Origin: Gemmatimonadota bacterium
GTDB lineage: Bacteria; Gemmatimonadota; Gemmatimonadetes; Longimicrobiales; Gaopeijiaceae
DNA: 64,000 nucleotides
NCBI GenBank assembly: GCA_034521595.1
Contig: JAXHMG010000003.1
Span: forward strand, 192,001 to 256,000
Reading direction: 5' to 3'
Part shown: in pieces, positions 48,883-58,407 of the stretch
Position numbering within the stretch: the first letter of the stretch is position 1
How the letters are laid out: every line of letters starts with the position of its first letter
Program-made: the position numbers and the translations under genes
Notes under the pieces: generated by a model
Seen by the model: the letters and a program-made list of their open reading frames with translations, nothing else
Told to the model about the DNA's origin: nothing
Database searches by the model: none

Positions 48883-50502
48883 ATGCGACGTCACTCAACC
48901 ACTCTCTTTCTCGCGCTGACGCTGTTCTCGGTCACCTCGCCACGGCTCGAGGTCGCGGCCCAGGTGCCCGAGGCACCCGTCCGCTACGACACCGATCATC
49001 TTCCGGCGGCCTTCCACGAAGGCCGTCGTGCCGCCGTGATGGAGCGTCTTCCGGACGATGCCCTGGCCATCTTCTTCGGAGCGCCCGAGCGGACCCGTTC
49101 CAACGACGTGAGCTACGAGTACCGGCAGGACAGTGACCTCCTCTATCTGACGGGAAGTGCGGAGCCCGGCTCCGCGCTGCTTCTGGCCCCGGGCGGAATC
49201 ACCGTGGACGGCCGCACCGTGCGCGAGATCTTGTTCGTCCCTCCACGTGATCCGGCGGAGGAGGTCTGGCTGGGCCGGCGCTTCGGTGCCGAGCGGGCGA
49301 TGGACGTGCTCGGCGTGGAGCTGGCCCTCGAGAACACGCGTTTCGAGGAGATCGCCGGTCCGTTGCTCGCGAGCGACGAGCACACCGTGCACCACCTGCC
49401 GCTTCCCGACGGCGTGCCGTCCGGCTCGGACCTCGCCGGGCAGCTCGACGTCTTCCGCTCGCGCGTGCAGCCGGTCTCGATCTCCGAGAGCGGCCTCACC
49501 GGTTTCATGCTGCACGGGGTGCTCGCGTCGCCCTCCCCGGAGCTGTTCGAGCGTCTCAAGGTCCTCGTCGAGCGGGGTTTCGATCCCGCGGCCGCTTCGG
49601 ACCCGACGGCCCGTGAGCTGGCCGAAGCGTTCGTGGAGACGGACGACTTCGCCGACTGGACCGAGACCCACGCCGAGCTGACCAGGGGCCATCCCGACGG
49701 CACGGAGCTACGTGAGATCCTGGACGGGCTCCGCACGATCAAGGCGGACGAGGAGCTCGAGGCGATGCGGCGGGCCATCGACATCACCGCCGACGCGCAT
49801 CGCGAAGTCATGCGGCGTCTGGAGCCCGGGTGGAAGGAGTACGAGATCGAGGCGCTCGTCGAGTACACCTTCAAGCGTTCCGGTGCGGAATACCCCGCGT
49901 TCCCCAGCATCGTAGGGAGCGGGGAGAACTCGGTGATTCTCCACTACGAATCGAACCGTCGGACCACCGAGCCCGGTGATCTGGTGGTGATCGACGTCGG
50001 CGCCGAATACCGGGGCTATGCCGCGGACATCACCCGGACCCTACCCGTGACCGGCACGTTCAGCGAAGAACAGCGGGCGATCTATGATCTGGTTCACCGG
50101 GCGCAGCGGGCGGGCATCGAGGCCGCTCAGGCGGGGGCCGCCTACCTGGCGCCGCACCGCGCGGCCGAACGCGTCATGGCCGAGGGGATGGCGGAGCTCG
50201 GCCTCATCCGCGACGCGCGGGACCTCAACGGGCTCCGCCGGTTCTTCATGCATGCGACCAGCCACTACCTCGGGCTCGACGTGCACGACGTCGGTGGTGG
50301 CGGCCCCTTGGAGCCCGGTACCGTCATCACCGTCGAGCCCGGCCTCTACATCGCGCCCGCCGAGGATATCGACCGACGCTGGTGGAACATCGGTGTGCGC
50401 ATCGAGGACGATATCCTGATCACCGACGACGGCCCCGTGAACCTGTCGGGAGGGGCGCCGACCTCGTCCGACGACGTGGAGGCGCTGATGGAAGGGAGCT
50501 GA
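48883..50502 (+). CDS. Exported Xaa-Pro aminopeptidase (M24B)
   Basis: Signal peptide; YRQDSD..YLTG, IDVG, ADITRT, SHYLGLDVHD, VEPG, RIEDD. Confidence 0.9.
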   Translation: MRRHSTTLFLALTLFSVTSPRLEVAAQVPEAPVRYDTDHLPAAFHEGRRAAVMERLPDDALAIFFGAPERTRSNDVSYEYRQDSDLLYLTGSAEPGSALLLAPGGITVDGRTVREILFVPPRDPAEEVWLGRRFGAERAMDVLGVELALENTRFEEIAGPLLASDEHTVHHLPLPDGVPSGSDLAGQLDVFRSRVQPVSISESGLTGFMLHGVLASPSPELFERLKVLVERGFDPAAASDPTARELAEAFVETDDFADWTETHAELTRGHPDGTELREILDGLRTIKADEELEAMRRAIDITADAHREVMRRLEPGWKEYEIEALVEYTFKRSGAEYPAFPSIVGSGENSVILHYESNRRTTEPGDLVVIDVGAEYRGYAADITRTLPVTGTFSEEQRAIYDLVHRAQRAGIEAAQAGAAYLAPHRAAERVMAEGMAELGLIRDARDLNGLRRFFMHATSHYLGLDVHDVGGGGPLEPGTVITVEPGLYIAPAEDIDRRWWNIGVRIEDDILITDDGPVNLSGGAPTSSDDVEALMEGS

Positions 50503-50518
50503 GCGTCCGAGGGAAGCC

Positions 50519-51775
50519 TCAGCGGACCTCCGCATCGACCTCCGTTTCTCCCTCGGAGCGTGCGATCACCGCAGCGCCGCAGGAGTCGCTGAAGATGTTG
50601 ACCGCCGTGCGGTACATGTCGAGCGGGCGGTCGATCGCGAGCATGGAGCCGACGATCACGTTCACGTTCGGACCCCGGAGCCCGACGGCCTCCAGCACGA
50701 TGAAGATCACCACCAACCCCGCCGACGGGACGGCGGCCGCCCCGATGGAGGCGAGCAGGGCCGTCAGCACGACGATGGCCTGCTGCATGATCGAGAGGTC
50801 GAAGCCCAGCACCTGAGCGATGAAGAGCGCGCCCACGCACTCGAAGATCGCGGTGCCGTCCATGTTGATCGTCGCGCCCATGGGCAGCACGAACGACGAG
50901 ACCTTGTTCGAGACGCCGACCTTGTGCTCCACCGTGCTGAGGGTCACCGGAAGGGTGGCGCCCGACGAGCTCGTGGAGAACGCGATCAGGAGCGGCTCCC
51001 GCATGTTCGCGAAATGGATCTTCGGGGAGATCCGGCCCAGCACGATCAGGATGAGCGGCAGCGTCACGAAGAGGTGGATCGTGAGCCCGGAGAAGATGGT
51101 GAAGGCGTAGAGCGCGAGGGGCTGGAAGGCGTCGAATCCGGTGGTGGCCACCATGCGTGCGATCAGCGCGAACACACCGATCGGCAGGAATTTGATGATA
51201 CCGGACGTGAGGCGCATCATCGTTTCGAAGAGCGAGTCGAAGAGCTCGGTGACGATGCGCTGCGGCTTGTCCGGCAGCGTCGTGACCGCGACGCCGAAGA
51301 CGATGCTGAAGAAGATGAGGGCCAGCATGTCCGCGGTGGCGGCCGCCTGGATGACGTTCTCCGGCACGATGTCCAGTATGAGCTGCGCCGGAGTGGCCGG
51401 CGTTTCGAGCTCGGGGAGGTCCTGGCCGGAGCTCTCGGTCATGTTGGCGCCCACGCCCGGCTGGATCAGATTGACCAGGAGCAGCCCCACCGAGACGGCC
51501 AACAGGCTGGAGAGGATGTAGTAGCCGACGGTCTTGCTGAAGAGCCGGCCCAGCGCCTTTCCTCCCCCGACCGACGCGACGCCGGAGATGATCGACGTCA
51601 GCACCAGCGGCACGATGATCATCCGGAGGAGCTTCATGAACAGGTCCCCGAGCCAACCCAGCGTCTCCGCCGCGGGTTCACCGAAGGCCAGCCCGGTCAG
51701 ACCACCGAGGATCATGGCGACGAGGACCTGCCAGTGGAGCCTCATGTACCAGGGTGCGTTCGGGTTGTGATCCAT
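50519..51775 (-). CDS. Dicarboxylate/amino acid:cation symporter (DAACS)
   Basis: FSTSSSGATLP, GATINMDGT, DMYRTAVN. Confidence 0.94.
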   Translation of the reverse strand: MDHNPNAPWYMRLHWQVLVAMILGGLTGLAFGEPAAETLGWLGDLFMKLLRMIIVPLVLTSIISGVASVGGGKALGRLFSKTVGYYILSSLLAVSVGLLLVNLIQPGVGANMTESSGQDLPELETPATPAQLILDIVPENVIQAAATADMLALIFFSIVFGVAVTTLPDKPQRIVTELFDSLFETMMRLTSGIIKFLPIGVFALIARMVATTGFDAFQPLALYAFTIFSGLTIHLFVTLPLILIVLGRISPKIHFANMREPLLIAFSTSSSGATLPVTLSTVEHKVGVSNKVSSFVLPMGATINMDGTAIFECVGALFIAQVLGFDLSIMQQAIVVLTALLASIGAAAVPSAGLVVIFIVLEAVGLRGPNVNVIVGSMLAIDRPLDMYRTAVNIFSDSCGAAVIARSEGETEVDAEVR

Positions 51776-51845
51776 CGAGCTCGACCTCGGAAGGGTGGTG
51801 AGGGAAGCGACAGCGTAAAGGACATGGGCCTCGAAGGCCCCTTCG

Positions 51846-52036
51846 TCAATGCCTCGGCCGAATCTCGGCTCGTACGGTCACGTCGCCGGGCAGGACGGCA
51901 TCGACCGCCTTCATGCCCGCGACTACGCGACGCAACACCGTGTCGTCGCGGTCCGGGGGTACGTTGTCCCGAAGGCTCACGAACATCTTACCGTCGCCGG
52001 TGTGCTGTTATCGTCGCCGGTGTCCCGGCCGCGCGT
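51846..52036 (-). pseudogene. Cyclophilin-type PPIase C-terminal remnant
   Basis: TRGRDTGD / frameshift / TGDGKMFVSLRDNVPPDRDDTVLRRVVAGMKAVDAVLPGDV; 12-bp direct repeat at 51992-52003 and 52012-52023. Confidence 0.65.
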
Positions 52037-52075
52037 GGGGCCCGTCTCCGCGAGCGCCTCGAGCGCCTCCGGATT

Positions 52076-52948
52076 TCAGTGGTGCTCCCGGATGGTTGGG
52101 GAAATGTCCCCGGGCGTCTCGGCGAGAATCCGGTCGACGTAGCGGTCCGCCGGACCCACCAGTCGGTCGTGGAGCGCGTGGAACAGCTCCGTCGCGGATT
52201 CTCCCATCCATCCCTCCGGCAGGAGCGGGCGGGGAAGGTAGGGATCTTCGAGCGGGAATGCCCGGAACTCGTGGATGAGCCCGAACCGCAGCGTATAGCA
52301 CTCTTCGTCGGTGATGCGAGCGTCGTTCCCCGCCTTCGCGCGGTCCAGCACGGGCGTCCATTGGTCGATGAACGCCCTGTAGTGCGCGTTGACGGCCTTC
52401 AGATCCCAACATCGTGCTACGAGCTCTTCGACCGGCGCCCCCGAGATGCGGGTGGCGCGAAAGCATTCGAGGTGCTCTTCGAGGTCGAGTTGCTCGGAGA
52501 GCTCCGTGACCTCTCGCTCGACGTCGTGCGGCGAGATCCAGAGCCCGTTGCCCAGCGATCCGAATCCCAACCACGCCAGCCGGTCCCGAAGACGGTCACG
52601 GAGCTGCCGCTCGTCTTCGGGAATCGAGTACGCGATCAGGAGCCACTGCTCGTCCCAGGGACCGTCCCAGGAGGGGTGGAAGATGCGCGCCTGTCCCTCC
52701 TCGAGCAGCTTGCGGCCACGGGGCGTCAGGTCGTAGAAGGCATGTCTGCCGATCTTGCGCGTGCTCAGCCAATCCTTGCGCGCCATCCGCGAAAGGACCG
52801 TGCGCACGGCACCTTCCGAGAGCCCGAGGGGATGCAGGAGATCGATGAGCGCTCCGACCCAGGTCGGTCCTTCACGGTCCAGGAGGTACTCGCCGAAGAG
52901 GGTGAAGACCAGGTCCTGAGGACGTTGCGTGGGCGATGAAGTCGGCAC
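52076..52948 (-). CDS. PaaX-family transcriptional regulator
   Basis: FTLFGEY, AVRTVLSRM, WDGPWD, LAWLGFG, CWDL, DPYLP..LLP.GW.G. Confidence 0.9.
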   Translation of the reverse strand: MPTSSPTQRPQDLVFTLFGEYLLDREGPTWVGALIDLLHPLGLSEGAVRTVLSRMARKDWLSTRKIGRHAFYDLTPRGRKLLEEGQARIFHPSWDGPWDEQWLLIAYSIPEDERQLRDRLRDRLAWLGFGSLGNGLWISPHDVEREVTELSEQLDLEEHLECFRATRISGAPVEELVARCWDLKAVNAHYRAFIDQWTPVLDRAKAGNDARITDEECYTLRFGLIHEFRAFPLEDPYLPRPLLPEGWMGESATELFHALHDRLVGPADRYVDRILAETPGDISPTIREHH

Positions 52949-53012
52949 CGGTCATCGTCGCGTGCGTGGGGGACGAGCGCTGCGCACCGGACGCGTCGTC
53001 ATCACTCCGGGC

Positions 53013-53678
53013 TCAGAACGCCTCGAGCTTGTGGAAGACCTCCGTGCCGTTCTTGAACCAGTGTTCCCGGAAGGGTTCCACCGAGACTTCTTCCTGTCTC
53101 AGGAGTTCGGCCGTCATGGGGTGCGGAAAAAGGGTCATCCTTCCCGACTCGTTCTCGTGCACGGTGTAATCCCCACTGATCTGGAGCGTCGTGCGCAGCC
53201 GTTGCTCTCCGTTCATCATGAATCCCTGGAGCAGGTGCGTCGTCGTTTCCCAGGCTCCCGGGGTCACGCTCAGGTCGAGGATCGGCGATCCCCCGGTGAA
53301 CACGCGTACCCGCAGACGGTCGTCGGTCTCGATGAACTGCGCGTCGATGTCCCGCTGGTAGTACGGGAAGAAGAAGCGCTCGGACTTGATGCGGCGCGCT
53401 TCCTTCGAGCTCGTCGCGGCTGCGAACGGATAGAACCCGGCCTTCGCATGCTGCCCCCACTCCGCGACCATCGGTGGGACGATGACCGAGAACATGAGCT
53501 CGGTATATGGACCCACGACGCTGTCGTCGAAGAGGAACGCGGTCACGGACAGGACACTCCTCTGGTGACGAACCTCGATCGGCTCGAGATGCGCGGGAAG
53601 CATGGCCTTGGCGTCCGACGTCGACATCTCGAAGAAGGCGCTCACCCCGGTGTTGAACCGGTAGCTGCTCACGGACAT
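53013..53678 (-). CDS. Acetoacetate-decarboxylase-like fold protein
   Basis: LP.HLEP, F..S.VGPYTE; the region corresponding to GRE.WG.PK reads KSERFFFPYY. Confidence 0.65.
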   Translation of the reverse strand: MSVSSYRFNTGVSAFFEMSTSDAKAMLPAHLEPIEVRHQRSVLSVTAFLFDDSVVGPYTELMFSVIVPPMVAEWGQHAKAGFYPFAAATSSKEARRIKSERFFFPYYQRDIDAQFIETDDRLRVRVFTGGSPILDLSVTPGAWETTTHLLQGFMMNGEQRLRTTLQISGDYTVHENESGRMTLFPHPMTAELLRQEEVSVEPFREHWFKNGTEVFHKLEAF

Positions 53679-55030
53679 ACGCCGTACCTCTGGAGGACCT
53701 TCTGGATGATGGCGACGCCTTCCTCGAGCTCCTCGCGGGAATGGGCGGCCGAGATCGACATGCGGAAGCGGGACTTGTGCTTTCCGACCGCCGGGTACTT
53801 CACCGGATTGATGAACACCCCTTCCCGCAGGAGCTCTTCTCCCATCATGAAGATCCGTGCGTCGTCGCGGACCATGATCGGGATGACGTGGGACGTGGAT
53901 TCACCCATCGGAATCTCGGCCTCGGACAAGAGCTTTTGCATATACGCCACGTTGTCCCAGAGCTTGTCGCGCAGCTCGGGCTCACTCGTCGCGAGCTCGA
54001 GCGCTTTGCGCAGGCCCGCCACCACGACCGGCGAGAGCGCGCAGGAGAAGAAACGGGAGCGGGAGAAGCCTCGCAGATAGTTGATGAGCGGTTCGGAGCC
54101 GGCGATGAAGCCACCCTGGCCGCCGAGGCTCTTCGAGAAGGTGCCGAGGTGGATGTCGACCTCCTCGTCGAGCCCTTGAGCCTCGGCCACGCCCTTCCCG
54201 GATCTTCCGAAGACGAAGGTCGAATGGGCTTCGTCGATCATCAGTCGAGCCTTGTGCTTCCTACAGACTTCGACGAGCTCGGCGAGCGGCGGGACGTCTC
54301 CGTCCATCGAGTACACACCCTCGACGATCACGAGCTTCTTCCCGTCGAAGCCGCCGAGCTTGCGGTCGAGGTCGTCCGGGCGGTTGTGCCGGAAAAAGCG
54401 GGACTTCGCCTTCGACAGGATCATCCCGTCCACGATGCTCGCGTGCGAGTACTGGTCGGCGACGATGAGGTCACCGGAGCGCATGAGCCCCGCGATGGTC
54501 CCGACATTGGCGCTGTAGCCCGTCGGGAAGATCATGGCGGCTTCCGTCCCCTTGAAGGCCGCGAGCTCCTCGGCGAGCCGGCTGTGCAGCGCGGTGGTGC
54601 CGCTCAGAATCGGGGACCCCGATGAGCCGCCACCGTATACGTCGACGGCGTCCTTGATCGCCTGCTTGACCTCCGGCCGGTACGAGAGTCCGAGGTAGTT
54701 GTACGAGGCGAAGTTGACGAGCCCGTGGCGAATCTCTCCGGTCTTCGTATCCTCGACGTCGACCCGTGTGCCCGGCTGGCTGTGGATGGGCAGCTCGAAG
54801 AGGTAGTATCCTGCCGGCTTCACCGCCGACCACCAGTCGTCGAACGGTTCGAGGAGCGCAAAAGCGTCGTCGCCCGCCCCGAAGTAGAAGTTCGTGTAGT
54901 CGTACTCCATGGGCCCCGGCTCAGGCGGGGCACCCTCGACATCACTCTGTTCCGTCGGGATTCGACCGGTGGATCGGTTCGTCTCCACGTCGGTGCCGAC
55001 CGTGGATCCGTGCTTCTCGGAGTTGGACAT
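53669..55030 (-). CDS. Alpha-oxoamine synthase family PLP enzyme (SPT/BioF/CqsA-like)
   Basis: NFASYNYLGL, SHASIVDG, EGVYSMDGD, DEAHS, GTFSKSLG. Confidence 0.9.
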   Translation of the reverse strand: MSNSEKHGSTVGTDVETNRSTGRIPTEQSDVEGAPPEPGPMEYDYTNFYFGAGDDAFALLEPFDDWWSAVKPAGYYLFELPIHSQPGTRVDVEDTKTGEIRHGLVNFASYNYLGLSYRPEVKQAIKDAVDVYGGGSSGSPILSGTTALHSRLAEELAAFKGTEAAMIFPTGYSANVGTIAGLMRSGDLIVADQYSHASIVDGMILSKAKSRFFRHNRPDDLDRKLGGFDGKKLVIVEGVYSMDGDVPPLAELVEVCRKHKARLMIDEAHSTFVFGRSGKGVAEAQGLDEEVDIHLGTFSKSLGGQGGFIAGSEPLINYLRGFSRSRFFSCALSPVVVAGLRKALELATSEPELRDKLWDNVAYMQKLLSEAEIPMGESTSHVIPIMVRDDARIFMMGEELLREGVFINPVKYPAVGKHKSRFRMSISAAHSREELEEGVAIIQKVLQRYGVCP

Positions 55031-55176
55031 AGGAGGTACCGGTTGTGAACGGAATTTCCGAACGCTCAATTTCCCGCAATCGGCGGGGCATATCAATAGT
55101 CGGGACCTCGATCGCCGTTCGGGTGGCGTTCGGGGCTGACGATGCCTCCCCGACCCGGGTGGCTCAACGAGGAGGC

Positions 55177-55192
55177 AGCACGTACCGTGCCA
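55177..55192 (-). promoter_or_regulatory. sigma54 promoter of the AOS operon
   Basis: Minus strand TGGCACGGTACGTGCT: consensus TGGCAC, GG-N10-GC. Confidence 0.75.
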
Positions 55193-55295
55193 GTGACCGA
55201 AGGCCGATCCAGCCGCACCGCCCATCGCTCGCGCGCCAGCGTGCTCCGTCGGCCGCGGCCTGCGCGGTCGTCAGCCCGTGCGGTGCGGTGGTGGC

Positions 55296-56081
55296 ATGAC
55301 TGACTCACGTCATCGGGAGCTCCCGCCCGTCGTCCTGATCCACGGCTTCACCGGAGCGGCGGCGTCCTGGAGCCCCGAGCTCCGCGCGGGTCTCGGTGGG
55401 GAGGGCCGTGGCGTGGTCCCGCTCGATCTTCCGGGACACGGGGCCCGAGCGGGGGACGGGGCGGAGGGGATGGATCTCGATGCAGTGCTGGCGGGCATCG
55501 GCTCGGCCGTGCCCGGGACGTTCGACCTCGTCGGATACTCCATGGGCGCGCGTGTCGCGCTTCACTTCGCGGTCCGCTTTCCCGGCCGGGTACGCCGGCT
55601 CGTGCTGGAATCCGGCTCGCCCGGGTTGGCTTCCGCGCGTGAGCGAGCACGACGCCGCGAAGCCGACGAGCGACTGGCCGAGCGGATCGAGGAAGACGGG
55701 GTCGGGGCTTTCGTGGCGGATTGGCGGCGCAACCCCGTGCTCGCGCCCGGCCCCCGACGCGCGCCCACGGCCGACCGCAGAGCGGAGCGCATCCGCCGCG
55801 GGAATCGTGCACACGGACTGGCGGGCGCGCTCAGGACGTTGGGCACGGGCGCATTGCCTTCCCTCTGGGACCGGCTTCCCGCCCTCGCGGCTCCGACCCT
55901 GCTCCTCGTGGGGGCGCTGGACTCGAAGTTCGTGGCGATCGCCGAACGGATGGAGCGGAGCATTCCGGCCGCGACCCTCGAGGTCGTACCCGACGCCGGA
56001 CACACCGTCCACCTCGATCGGCCCGAGGCGTGGCTCACGGCGGTGCGCGGGCATCTGGGACGTGGCCCCGAAGTCGACTAG
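55296..56081 (+). CDS. MenH-like alpha/beta hydrolase
   Basis: HGFTG, DLPGHG, GYSMG, LESGSPGL..R..R...D, GALDSKF, GHTVH. Confidence 0.85.
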   Translation: MTDSRHRELPPVVLIHGFTGAAASWSPELRAGLGGEGRGVVPLDLPGHGARAGDGAEGMDLDAVLAGIGSAVPGTFDLVGYSMGARVALHFAVRFPGRVRRLVLESGSPGLASARERARRREADERLAERIEEDGVGAFVADWRRNPVLAPGPRRAPTADRRAERIRRGNRAHGLAGALRTLGTGALPSLWDRLPALAAPTLLLVGALDSKFVAIAERMERSIPAATLEVVPDAGHTVHLDRPEAWLTAVRGHLGRGPEVD

Positions 56082-56125
56082 ACTTCGGGCCGCCGCACTC
56101 TCGCGTCACGGTTCGCCAGGAGCTC

Positions 56126-57862
56126 ATGAGCCACGTTCGGTCCCAGTCCGCCGGCATGCGCCTGTCCGACAGCGATCGGGTGCTGGTGTACTCGTCGATG
56201 TTGGTGACGCTGTTCCTGGCCGCGCTCGACCAGACGATCGTGGCGACCGCTCTCCCGCGGATGGTCGAGGACCTCCAGGCCGTGGATCGGTACGCCTGGG
56301 TCGCCACCGCATACTTGCTCGCGTCCACGGCGTTGGCGCTCGTCTACGGAAAGCTGGCCGACACGTATTCGCGAAAGCGGATCACGCTCGGCGCGGTGGT
56401 GCTGTTCCTCACGGGTTCCATACTGTGTGGGCTCGCCGGCATGGTCGGGCGCCTGCCGGTTCTCGGCGACGGGATGAACCAGTTGATCGTGGCCCGCGGA
56501 CTCCAGGGTCTCGGTGGGGGCGGGATCTTCGCCATGACGTTCATCATCATCGCCGATCTGTTCACGCCCGCCGAGCGGGGGCGCTATCAAGGGTACGTTG
56601 GAGCCGTGTTCGGGCTGGCGTCCGTGTTGGGTCCGCTGGTCGGCGGGCTGCTCACGGACCATGCGGGCGGGTTCATCCCGGGCGTCGAAGGCTGGCGATG
56701 GGTGTTCTTCGTGAACGTGCCGATCGGGGGCGTCGCGCTCTGGCTCATTCTCCGGCGGATGCCGGTGCTCGAGCCCCCCGGCGAAAGGGCACGCCCCGAC
56801 TTCGTCGGTGGCTTTCTCCTGATGGGTGGCCTGGTTCCACTCATTCTCTCGATTCAGCTCGACAAGCGTGCGTATCCATGGTTCCCCGGCCTGGGCGTGG
56901 GCACGACTGCGAGCGGGTGGGCCGCCTGGACGACTCCCGGACTCTTTCTGGTCGGAGTGCTGGGCATCGTCGGCTTCATCATTCGTTCACGCGGCTCCGC
57001 GAGCCCCATCCTCGACCTGCGGTTGTTTCGCAACCGGGTCTTCCGGACGGCGAACACAGCCACGTTCTTCTTCGGGGCCTCGGTGATGTCGATCACGATC
57101 TTTCTCCCCCTTCTCCTGGTCAACGTGCTGGGCATCTCCGCGACCGGCGCGGGAGCCGCGCTCATCCCGTTCTCGGGTGGCGTCGTGCTCGGAGCGACGA
57201 TGGCGGGACATTACGTGGACCGGGTCGGATACCGGCGCCAGATCTTCGGGGGAGGCCTTCTGTTCGCCGCGGCCGTGCTCCTGCTCGCGGGGCTCGATGC
57301 AGACGCGTCGTACGCTCGGGTCATGCTCTACACGGTGCTCTGCGGCCTGGGCGCCGGACCCTCGATGCCCCTGTTCACGTTGGCGGTCCAGAACGCCGTC
57401 GACGTGCGCATGGTCGGACAGGCGACGAGCGCGTCGCAGTTCTTCCGGCAGATCGGAGCCACGGTGGGAGCGGCGGTCATGGGAACCGTCCTCGTGACGA
57501 CCCTGAGCGTCTCGTTCGCCACGTTGGAGATCCCCCCCGCGGTGCTCGACGCCCTGCCTCACGAGACGGAGCAGCTCGTTTCGACCGGTGGCGCGAGCTT
57601 GCCCGAAACCATACGGGAGCGGTATCGCGGGCTCGCCGCGGAGGCCACGTCTCCCGAGCGTGCCGGTGAGCTGCGCGCGGAAGGGCAGGCGCTCGCGGAA
57701 CGGGTCTCGGGCGCGGTCGTCACGGCTTTCGAGCGCGCCACGAGGCGAATCTACTGGCTCACTTCGGCCATCATCCTGGTGGCCACGCTGCTCACGCTGC
57801 GCATCCCTGAGCTCCGACTACGAACCACGCATGACCGCGACGCGTTGCAGCAGGGCCCGTGA
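56126..57862 (+). CDS. MFS efflux transporter (DHA2)
   Basis: ALDQTIVATALP, GKLAD..SRK, RGLQGLG, WRWVFFVNVPIG. Confidence 0.93.
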   Translation: MSHVRSQSAGMRLSDSDRVLVYSSMLVTLFLAALDQTIVATALPRMVEDLQAVDRYAWVATAYLLASTALALVYGKLADTYSRKRITLGAVVLFLTGSILCGLAGMVGRLPVLGDGMNQLIVARGLQGLGGGGIFAMTFIIIADLFTPAERGRYQGYVGAVFGLASVLGPLVGGLLTDHAGGFIPGVEGWRWVFFVNVPIGGVALWLILRRMPVLEPPGERARPDFVGGFLLMGGLVPLILSIQLDKRAYPWFPGLGVGTTASGWAAWTTPGLFLVGVLGIVGFIIRSRGSASPILDLRLFRNRVFRTANTATFFFGASVMSITIFLPLLLVNVLGISATGAGAALIPFSGGVVLGATMAGHYVDRVGYRRQIFGGGLLFAAAVLLLAGLDADASYARVMLYTVLCGLGAGPSMPLFTLAVQNAVDVRMVGQATSASQFFRQIGATVGAAVMGTVLVTTLSVSFATLEIPPAVLDALPHETEQLVSTGGASLPETIRERYRGLAAEATSPERAGELRAEGQALAERVSGAVVTAFERATRRIYWLTSAIILVATLLTLRIPELRLRTTHDRDALQQGP

Positions 57863-57995
57863 GCGCCGCTCGCGGCATGGGGGAGCGGTTCCTCAGGGTC
57901 GCGATCACGCAGGCGTGGCATGATCGACGCGCCCTCTGCAGCTTGGTAGAGAGCGTACGGCCGCTGAAAACGGACGAAACACGGACGATACCGGG

Positions 57996-58382
57996 ATGAT
58001 CAAAAAGCTCTTCTACATGGGACTCATCGCTCTCGGCGTGACGATGGCGGTGCCCAGCCTGCGGGCCGAGTTGACCGAGGCCGTGCGGCCGTACGTCGAC
58101 GACGTGAAGGCCCGGTTCGTTCCAAGACGTCTCCGGAGCATGGCCGATCAACTGGACGCGAGGCTGAGGCGCGCGGAGGGCTTGCCGGGTGTGTTCGAAG
58201 GTTGGCTGCGTCGGGATTTCACGGGCTCCGAGCTCGATCCCTGGGAGAACCCGTACTACCTGGAGGCGGGACGTCGTGAGTACTTCGTCGGGTCGATGGG
58301 CCCCGACGGTGAACGAGGCACGGAGGACGACATCACCGAACCTCCGCGCCCGCTCAGCGGTGAGGGGCCCCGCGAGCGCTAA
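57996..58382 (+). CDS. Small protein with GspG-like C-terminal domain
   Basis: N-terminal TM; DPWENPYY..SMGPDG..GTEDDI. Confidence 0.7.
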   Translation: MIKKLFYMGLIALGVTMAVPSLRAELTEAVRPYVDDVKARFVPRRLRSMADQLDARLRRAEGLPGVFEGWLRRDFTGSELDPWENPYYLEAGRREYFVGSMGPDGERGTEDDITEPPRPLSGEGPRER

Positions 58383-58407
58383 GCGTTTCGGGGGAAGGGT
58401 TCGGATC

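Noticed and set aside
53669-55030. Naming the AOS gene bioF or spt
   Set aside because: Motifs are shared across the family and no biotin or sphingolipid partner genes are adjacent
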